Source of the DNA: an uncultured Conexibacteraceae bacterium
GTDB lineage: Bacteria > Actinomycetota > Thermoleophilia > Solirubrobacterales > 70-9
Assembly: GCA_964480205.1 (NCBI GenBank)
Contig: CAYZPZ010000002.1
Location: 1,658 to 30,079, forward strand
Direction: 5' to 3'
Length of the DNA stretch: 28,422 nt
Shown here: piece by piece, positions 1 through 5,636 of the stretch
Position numbering within the stretch: the stretch's first letter is position 1
Layout of the letters: each line of letters starts with the position of its first letter
The notes under the pieces: model-generated
The model's input: only the letters and a program-made list of their open reading frames with translations
Told to the model about the DNA's origin: nothing
The model's database searches: none
Made by a program: the position numbers and the translations under genes

Positions 1-428
1 CCCGACAGACAGACCAGCCCTTCAGCGTGACGCTCCACCTCCTCCAGCGCGACCGAGGGCTGCAGGGGCTCGCGTTGATGCGAGGGTGCGCGACAGCGCA
101 ACCCGTTTGATGTTGATGATGAGGGCCGCGTGTCCCTATGCGCTTCGGTGATCAGCCGGCACAGGTTGGCCCAGCCCCGTGCCGACTCGACCAGCAGGGT
201 GAGGTGGGCGTCGCCGACGGTCAGCTCCGCGCCGTGGATGGGCCGGACACCAACTCCGCGGCAGGCGTGGGCGAACTCCATCGCCCCGCAGACGTTGTCG
301 TGGTCGGTGAGCGCCAGCGCCTCGAGCCCGAGGTCAGCTGCCGTAGCCGCCAGCTCGGCCGGCTCGGAGGCGCCGTCCAGGAAGGAGTAGGCCGAGTGGC
401 AGTGCAGCTCCGCGTAGACCGGCGCCAT
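1..428 (-). CDS. dnaE2: Error-prone DNA polymerase DnaE2/ImuC, N-terminal PHP domain (partial, runs off the window edge)
   Basis: Not in the ORF track; translated by hand from ATG at 428: MAPVYAELHCHSAYSFLDGASEPAELAATAADLGLEALALTDHDNVCGAMEF...PIHGAEL...HLTLLVESARGWANLCRLIT...EGLVCLSG, open to position 1. These are C-family polymerase PHP motifs. It lies downstream of imuB, and its ATG overlaps the upstream stop (TGATG). Confidence 0.87.
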   Translation of the reverse strand, partial: MAPVYAELHCHSAYSFLDGASEPAELAATAADLGLEALALTDHDNVCGAMEFAHACRGVGVRPIHGAELTVGDAHLTLLVESARGWANLCRLITEAHRDTRPSSSTSNGLRCRAPSHQREPLQPSVALEEVERHAEGLVCLS

Positions 429-673
429 CAGTCGCGCTGGCGATACCAGCGCCCCCCACCACCGGACTCGCAGAAGACCACCACGTCGCTGCCGTCCTCC
501 AGCACCAGCTCGAAGTAGCGGCGCCGCAGCGGCCGCCGCGTCCACCAGCCGTCCTCCACCAGCCACTCCTCGCGGACCGACTCCACGGCCAGCCTGCCCA
601 CCGCGCGCGGGACACCGTCGGAGCCGAGGTGGACGGGAACGGGCCAGGGCTTGTTCACGCGACCCGGTTTCAT
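428..673 (-). CDS. 81-aa protein resembling the ImuB C-terminal domain (DUF6504-like)
   Basis: True start is the internal ATG at 673 (MKPGRVNKPWPVPV...VESVREEWLVEDGWWTRRPLRRRYFELVLEDG...RWYRQRD). ATGA overlap with the imuB stop and TGATG overlap with the dnaE2 start indicate coupling on both sides. Confidence 0.75.
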   Translation of the reverse strand: MKPGRVNKPWPVPVHLGSDGVPRAVGRLAVESVREEWLVEDGWWTRRPLRRRYFELVLEDGSDVVVFCESGGGGRWYRQRD

Positions 674-1893
674 CGCCCCGGTTCCTCGGGAAAGGGCATA
701 AGAACCTCGCGCCGCTCGGGCACGCGTGAGTCGGGATCGACCTCGAACACCCGCAGCAGTGCGTCGGCGCCGGCGGCGGCACGGGTCTGGCGCACCGCCT
801 CGGAGATCCGGGCTCGCCGCCGCTCGTCGGGGCCGGCCAGGCTGAGCTGCTCGCCCGTGGCCGGGCCCAGCGCCGCCGCCTCCAGGCGCAGCACCGAGGC
901 CGGGCTGGGCAGCTGCGCGAGCAGAGGGGAGAGGACCGCGGCCAGCCGCTGGCGTTCGCTCGCCGCGCTGCGCAGGGCCACCCTGCGTCGCCACCCTCCG
1001 CCCGCGGCCAGCCTCGCCGAGAGCCGCAGCGCGCGCAGGCTGCGCCCGCGCCGCTGGGAGTGAGCCAGCAGCCTCGCGATCAGCAGCTCGAGCGCCCGCT
1101 CCAGCTGCTGGCCCGAGCTCGCCTCGGGCAGCTCCAGCTCGACCGCGATCTCCTGCCGGACCCGCCGCGGCCGCAGCGGCTCATCCTCGCCCCGTGCCAG
1201 GGCCCGCCCCCGCAGGCCCGCTCGACCGAAGCGATCGGCGACCGCCCCACGCGGCAGGCCCGCCAGCCGCCCCAGTGTGTCGATCCCGAGGCGCTCCAGC
1301 TCGTTGGGCAGATCGTCCTCGGCGTCCTCGGCGTTCCCCCGCCCTTCCGCGCCCAGCCTGCCGTGCAGCAGCGAGACCGGCAGCGGGGCCAGGAAGGAGC
1401 GGGCGTCGGCCTCGACGATCACGTTGCGCCGCCGGCTGCGCCGAGCCGCGGCGAAGGCGCAGAACCGCCCCGGTGCGACCGCCAGCCGCACGGGCGTTCC
1501 CACCGCGGGCCGGGCCGCGGCCAGCACCCCCGATCTGCCGCCCCAGAGTCCCCGCAGGCCATCCACCTCGAAGAAGGCCTCGCCGGCCCGCTCGGCCTCG
1601 ACCTCGGCGCCGATTCCCTCCAGGCCGCGCAGGGCCCGCTCCCAGATGCGCTCGGCCCGCTCGGGATCGGGCGGCACCAGCGCCAGCTCAGGACAGCGCG
1701 AGAGGGCCTCACCCAGCCGCATCCCGGCGCGGACCCCCAGCGCCTCGGCGGGGTCGGACACCTCGCCGAGGAGCTGCGCGGCGCCCGGCTCGGGGGCCAG
1801 CGCCGCCGGCCGCTTCAGGACCTCGCGCCGCTCGCCCAGCGCAGCGACGAGACGGAGGCGAGGGGCGAGTGCGCAGGCGGTCGGCTTCGACAT
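670..1893 (-). CDS. imuB: ImuB, catalytically inactive Y-family polymerase homolog
   Basis: Y-family segments (GVRAGMRLGEALSRCPEL, GEAFFEVDGL, LERLGIDTLGRL, VADRFG) without the catalytic acidic residues; QLSL clamp-binding-like motif; SOS box upstream; dnaE2 downstream. Confidence 0.85.
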   Translation of the reverse strand: MSKPTACALAPRLRLVAALGERREVLKRPAALAPEPGAAQLLGEVSDPAEALGVRAGMRLGEALSRCPELALVPPDPERAERIWERALRGLEGIGAEVEAERAGEAFFEVDGLRGLWGGRSGVLAAARPAVGTPVRLAVAPGRFCAFAAARRSRRRNVIVEADARSFLAPLPVSLLHGRLGAEGRGNAEDAEDDLPNELERLGIDTLGRLAGLPRGAVADRFGRAGLRGRALARGEDEPLRPRRVRQEIAVELELPEASSGQQLERALELLIARLLAHSQRRGRSLRALRLSARLAAGGGWRRRVALRSAASERQRLAAVLSPLLAQLPSPASVLRLEAAALGPATGEQLSLAGPDERRRARISEAVRQTRAAAGADALLRVFEVDPDSRVPERREVLMPFPEEPGR

Positions 1894-1900
1894 CAGCTAT

Positions 1901-1914
1901 CGAACGTATGTTCG
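1901..1914. promoter_or_regulatory. LexA/SOS box (Gram-positive/actinobacterial type)
   Basis: CGAAC-GTAT-GTTCG palindrome 7 nt upstream of the imuB ATG. It overlaps a minus-strand TACGTT -10-like hexamer (1908-1903). Confidence 0.85.
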
Positions 1915-1992
1915 TACAGGGCCCCGAAAAGGTCAAGCGAAATCGCAAAGAAAAGTCGCTCCGAGCGTCGCGCTCGGGTTACCCTGCGCTTG

Positions 1993-2181
1993 ATGCCGAA
2001 GAAGGAGCAGACAACCGAGGAGCTCCGTCAGGTCCAGCACGATCGGACCACCGACGAGCATGAGGCCCTGCAGCGCTCCGAGACCCCCGACGAGGCCGAC
2101 CAGCACCGGCGGCGGGCGGCGAAGTCGGCCTACCTGGAGCGCAAGCTCGCCGAGCGCGAGCGCACCGAGCGCGAGTCCTGA
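1993..2181 (+). CDS. 62-aa charged helical hypothetical protein
   Basis: MPKKEQTTEELRQVQHDRTTDEHEALQRSETPDEADQHRRRAAKSAYLERKLAERERTERES; GC3-rich codons; TACCCT -10 hexamer 7 nt before the ATG (leaderless). Confidence 0.7.
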   Translation: MPKKEQTTEELRQVQHDRTTDEHEALQRSETPDEADQHRRRAAKSAYLERKLAERERTERES

Positions 2182-2214
2182 CCTGGTCCCCGCGTGTGCC
2201 GGCGGCCGGCGCGG

Positions 2215-3285
2215 CTAGCCCACCGCATCGCGCGTCCTCTCGATCACCGCGTCAGTGAACTCGGTGGTGGAGGCGTGGCCGTTGAGGTCGGGGGTGCGGA
2301 TCCCTGCGCCGGTGGCCTCCATCACCGCAGCGTAGATCGCGCGCGAGGGGGCTGCGGCGGCGCCCAGGCCGGCCTCGGCGGCATAGTCGAGCAGCGCCGC
2401 CACCGCCAGGATCATCGCCATCGGGTTGGCGACGTCCTTGCCCTCCAGGGCGGGGGCGGTGCCGTGCGGCGCCTCGGCCATCGCCACCGCCGGGCGCAGT
2501 TGATCATCGAGCGCCAGCAGGATGGACTCCGCCCCCGCGATCGAGCCGAACAGCGGCAGCACCAGATCGGAGAGCAGGTCGCCGTCGCGGTTCAGGGACG
2601 GGATCACCAGAGGCACGTCCGCGCGCCCGCTGATCAGGCCCGCGTAGGTGGCGTCGATCAGCAGCGGCTCGTAGACGACCTCGGGATGACGCTCGGCGGC
2701 GGCGTCCATCTCCTCCTTCAGCATGCCCTCGTAGACCGGGCTGACCGTCCACTTCGGTCCGCCATAGACCTTGCCGCCGATCTTCTCGGCGGTCCGGAAG
2801 GCGTACTCGGCGACGGCCCGGCAATTGGAGCGATGGATCAGCTCGGTGCGGTAGGCGACCTCGTCCCCGTCGGCGTCCTCCCGCCACTGCTCGGCGCCAT
2901 AAGCGTCCTCGATCGCCATCCGCACCACCGAGATCGGATGGTGGATGCCGCCGAGCGGCGTCACCCCCGGGATCCTGCGGCCGGTGCGGACGATCACCTT
3001 GCCCTCGATCCCCTCTCGGATGATCCGGTTCGGGCTGCCCACATCGCTCGCTCCCTCCGGGGTGATCGTCGCCGCCTTGATCCCGTAGCCCGCCTCCCGC
3101 ATGGCGGCGGCCGCCCGCTCGCAGACCTCGTTTTTCGTGACCCGTCGGTTGTCGAGGGAGAGGTCGAATCGCTCCAGCTCGACCTCGATCCCGAGCAGTG
3201 CGGGATCCAGCAATCGCAGTGATTGCTCCAGCAGCTCCTGGCCGGTCTGATCGCCCTCGAGCACGACTATCCTCAGCGCGGGCAT
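2215..3285 (-). CDS. Isocitrate/isopropylmalate dehydrogenase family protein, isocitrate-dehydrogenase-like
   Basis: IVVLEGDQTGQE, GIKAATITP, SPNRIIR, NRDGDLLSDL and AEAPHGTAP...ANPMAMIL are family motifs. Confidence 0.9.
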   Translation of the reverse strand: MPALRIVVLEGDQTGQELLEQSLRLLDPALLGIEVELERFDLSLDNRRVTKNEVCERAAAAMREAGYGIKAATITPEGASDVGSPNRIIREGIEGKVIVRTGRRIPGVTPLGGIHHPISVVRMAIEDAYGAEQWREDADGDEVAYRTELIHRSNCRAVAEYAFRTAEKIGGKVYGGPKWTVSPVYEGMLKEEMDAAAERHPEVVYEPLLIDATYAGLISGRADVPLVIPSLNRDGDLLSDLVLPLFGSIAGAESILLALDDQLRPAVAMAEAPHGTAPALEGKDVANPMAMILAVAALLDYAAEAGLGAAAAPSRAIYAAVMEATGAGIRTPDLNGHASTTEFTDAVIERTRDAVG

Positions 3286-3303
3286 GGCGTGGCGAGCCTA
3301 TCC

Positions 3304-3642
3304 ATGAACGGCGCGGGCGAAAGCTGCACCTGGTGCGGAACGGCGGTGGAGGCCGATGACGGATTCCGGGCCTACGAGCCGGCGGGGGAGCGGCGCGCCG
3401 TCTTCTGCAGGCTGGAGCACGTGATCCCCTGGGCGATCCAGGACGCCCACTGGGAGCCCGGCGCGGTCGACGAGCCGCCCGGCCTCGACCGCGCCGTCGA
3501 GCGCTGCTCGCACTGCGAGGCGGAGCTCGGCGACACCCACGTGCTCCTGGTTCGCCACCGCGGCGAGCACCGCGTGGCCGACGGCTTCTGCTCGGTCGAC
3601 CACATGCAGGCCTGGGCCAGGGCGGGCGGGCGCTGGCAGTAA
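3304..3642 (+). CDS. 112-aa hypothetical protein with two CxxC...FCxxxH (TRASH/treble-clef-like) repeats
   Basis: CTWC...FCRLEH and CSHC...FCSVDH. ATG at 3304 chosen because the longer ORF overlaps the divergent dehydrogenase gene. Confidence 0.8.
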   Translation: MNGAGESCTWCGTAVEADDGFRAYEPAGERRAVFCRLEHVIPWAIQDAHWEPGAVDEPPGLDRAVERCSHCEAELGDTHVLLVRHRGEHRVADGFCSVDHMQAWARAGGRWQ

Positions 3643-3694
3643 GGAGCCGCCCCGCCAAATAGGGTCCGGATGACCACGACCCTGGAGGGACACC

Positions 3695-3853
3695 GTGACA
3701 GTGCTCTGGTTCATCATCTGGCTGATCGCCAACAACATCGGGGCCACCGAGCCGCTCGAGCTCGCCCCCGTGAACGGGTGGGTGGGAACGCTGATCCTCG
3801 CCATCGCCCTCGACCTCAACCGGCCGGTCGAGCTGAGGCTGCGAAGGGGATGA
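3695..3853 (+). CDS. 52-aa two-helix membrane peptide (missing from the ORF track)
   Basis: GTG at 3695 with SD GGAGGG at 3684-3689; MTVLWFIIWLIANNIGATEPLELAPVNGWVGTLILAIALDLNRPVELRLRRG; mostly GC3 codons; TAGGGT -10 candidate at 3660-3665. Confidence 0.7.
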   Translation: MTVLWFIIWLIANNIGATEPLELAPVNGWVGTLILAIALDLNRPVELRLRRG

Positions 3854-3890
3854 ATGCCCGCAGATTGCGGGAAGGCCCGTTCGGCCTCTC

Positions 3891-3919
3891 TTGACAGCGT
3901 CGGCGCCTCGGCGTAACGT
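3891..3919 (+). promoter_or_regulatory. Near-consensus housekeeping-sigma promoter
   Basis: TTGACA (3891-3896), a 17-nt spacer, then TAACGT (3914-3919). Confidence 0.75.
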
Positions 3920-3926
3920 CGCTTTC

Positions 3927-4012
3927 ACAGGGAACGACGCAAGTTGTTCCTTATGGAAAGACCGAAAGGTCGATCCAGACGAAGGGCCCGGGAAACTGGG
4001 CCCTTTCGTTTT
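3927..4012 (+). ncRNA. Candidate ~85-nt small structured RNA of unknown family
   Basis: Promoter upstream; three consecutive hairpins closed by GCAA, GAAA and GAAA tetraloops; G-U pairs are valid only on the + strand; terminator at the 3' end; the next gene is convergent. Confidence 0.65.
3979..4012 (+). terminator. Intrinsic terminator
   Basis: ACGAAGGGCCCGG-GAAA-CTGGGCCCTTTCGT stem, with a U-rich 3' arm and tail (TTTCGTTTT, 4004-4012). Confidence 0.8.
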
Positions 4013-5014
4013 CTACCGCCGCCGCTTCCCCTGCTGCTTCTTGGGTGCAGGTTCCTGCCCCGGCAGCGGCGCCGCGGCGAAGGCCGCGATCAGCGGGGCG
4101 AGCTGGTCGGGTGCCTCCACGTTCGGTGAGTGGCCGACCCCCTCGAGCAGCTGCAGCTGCACGCCGGGCACGTCGTCGAACGCGGCCGACGCCTCCTCCG
4201 CGGGATAGATCTGGTCGTCGGTGCCGAACACGACCAGCAGCGGCACTCCCAGGGCGGCGAGGCGCTCGTCGAGCGGCCGCTCCTCCGAGTAATCGCGCTC
4301 GGCATCAGAGGACTCGACGTAGGACGTGTATGTCATCGCCCGCAGGTCGTCGACGGGCTGGTCGGGGTTCTCGAAGCCGCTGGCGATGTTGAAGTCGGGC
4401 GCGAAGGCCTGCTCGTAGTTGGCGCGGACCGCGGAGCTGGGCGCGATCTGGGCCACCCGCCGCAGGGCCTGACCGAGCACCGGCCAGCGCGCGAGCCGGG
4501 CCGAGAGGGACATGTCCTCGAAGCTGTCGTCGGGCGCCTGGTCGACGTTGACGATCTTGACCGCCAGCTCCGGGCTCTGCTCGGCCAGGGCAGTCGCCAC
4601 CGTGGCGCCCATGGAGTGGCCCACCACAGTGGCGCCGGCGACGTCTAGCCGGGCCAGCGCCTCGGCCATGGCCTGGGCCTGGTCCTCCATCGCATAACCG
4701 CTGCTCGGCTTGTCCGAGCCGCCGTGGCCGAACAGATCGACCCGGATGACGCGATGGTCCGCCTCGAGCAGCGGCGTCAGCCGCTCGAACCAGCGCATTG
4801 AGGACGCATAGCCGTGGATGAGCACAATCGGGGGGCCCTGCGGGTTGCCCTCCTCGAGGACCTGCAGGGTGCCGGGGCCGGTGTCGATCAACTCCGAGCC
4901 CTCGATGTTGCGCTCGGCATTCTTGGTCTCGTTGGAGACCGCGATCGCGTTCAGCCCCAGCAGCACGAGGATGCCAGCCAGCACGGCCAGCGCGATCGTC
5001 AGCCAGCGGTTCAC
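4013..5014 (-). CDS. Membrane-anchored/secreted alpha/beta hydrolase
   Basis: Hydrophobic N-terminus, HGY oxyanion motif, GHSMG nucleophile, GVGHSP catalytic His; GTGA overlap with the upstream HD gene. Confidence 0.9.
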   Translation of the reverse strand: MNRWLTIALAVLAGILVLLGLNAIAVSNETKNAERNIEGSELIDTGPGTLQVLEEGNPQGPPIVLIHGYASSMRWFERLTPLLEADHRVIRVDLFGHGGSDKPSSGYAMEDQAQAMAEALARLDVAGATVVGHSMGATVATALAEQSPELAVKIVNVDQAPDDSFEDMSLSARLARWPVLGQALRRVAQIAPSSAVRANYEQAFAPDFNIASGFENPDQPVDDLRAMTYTSYVESSDAERDYSEERPLDERLAALGVPLLVVFGTDDQIYPAEEASAAFDDVPGVQLQLLEGVGHSPNVEAPDQLAPLIAAFAAAPLPGQEPAPKKQQGKRRR

Positions 5015-5613
5015 GCGGCGGTTTCGCTGCCCGCGTCGGCCTGCTCGCGCGGGCCGAGGCCGAGCTCGTCAGCGTGCTCGGTCAGCGCTCCGATCACCAG
5101 GGTGAGGTGCTCGTCGCGGTCGACCCCGAGCTCAGCGATGCCGCGCTCCACCTGGTCGCGGTCCACGGCCGCCGCGAAGGAGGGCTGCTTCAGCTTCTTG
5201 CGCACGGACTTCGGCTTCATCCCCTCGATTCCGGTAGGTCGGACCAGCGCGCAGGCGGCGACGAAGCCGGAGAGCTCGTCCACCGCGTACAGCGTCTTCG
5301 CAAGTTGGGTCTCGCGGGGTACCCCCATGAAGTCCGCGTGGCCGGCGACCGCGTCGATCACCTCCTGCGGATAGCCGAGCCGCTCGAGCTCGGCCAGCGC
5401 GTGGCGAGGATGACCGGTTTCCAGGTCGGGGTGGCGCTCGTAGTCGAGGTCGTGTACGAGCCCGGTGACCGCGTAGGTCTCCTCATCCTCGCCCCACTTG
5501 CGTGCGTAGGCGCGCATACAGGCTTCGACCCCGAGCAGGTGCTTCCGCAGCGAGTCCGACTCCACCCACTCGGTGACCAGCCGCCATGCATCGTCACGTG
5601 AGATCTCCGACAT
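5011..5613 (-). CDS. HD/HDIG-domain metal-dependent phosphohydrolase
   Basis: SLRKHLLGVE...GLVHDLDYE...AVDELSGF. Confidence 0.85.
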   Translation of the reverse strand: MSEISRDDAWRLVTEWVESDSLRKHLLGVEACMRAYARKWGEDEETYAVTGLVHDLDYERHPDLETGHPRHALAELERLGYPQEVIDAVAGHADFMGVPRETQLAKTLYAVDELSGFVAACALVRPTGIEGMKPKSVRKKLKQPSFAAAVDRDQVERGIAELGVDRDEHLTLVIGALTEHADELGLGPREQADAGSETAA

Positions 5614-5622
5614 CGCGCGGGT

Positions 5623-5629
5623 TACCCTA
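5623..5629. promoter_or_regulatory. Symmetric bidirectional -10 element between the HD gene and murA
   Basis: TACCCTA reads TACCCT on + and TAGGGT on -. The two start codons are only 23 nt apart and neither has an SD. Confidence 0.55.
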
Positions 5630-5636
5630 GACGCCG

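Noticed and set aside
60-140. Frameshift or pseudogene in dnaE2
   Set aside because: Codon-by-codon translation is open from 428 to 1; the odd segment is an in-frame insertion.
3670-3894. 74-aa ORF in the track
   Set aside because: It is an alternative frame over the SD-led 52-aa membrane ORF, which has much better codon bias; its -10 spacing (4 nt) is too short for a leaderless start.
3921-3977. tRNA or 4.5S RNA (GGTCGATCCA resembles a T-arm/CCA end)
   Set aside because: Too short, no cloverleaf or acceptor stem, and no SRP S-domain motif.
3927-3990. c-di-GMP-I (GEMM) riboswitch, suggested by the words CACAGGG, GACGCAAG and a GAAA-capped stem
   Set aside because: The elements are in the wrong order, there is no P3 with a tetraloop receptor or enclosing P1, and no sense gene lies downstream.
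3944-4129. 61-aa ORF MFLMERPKGR... over the sRNA
   Set aside because: It runs through the terminator into the antisense strand of the hydrolase gene, has no SD and has atypical codons.
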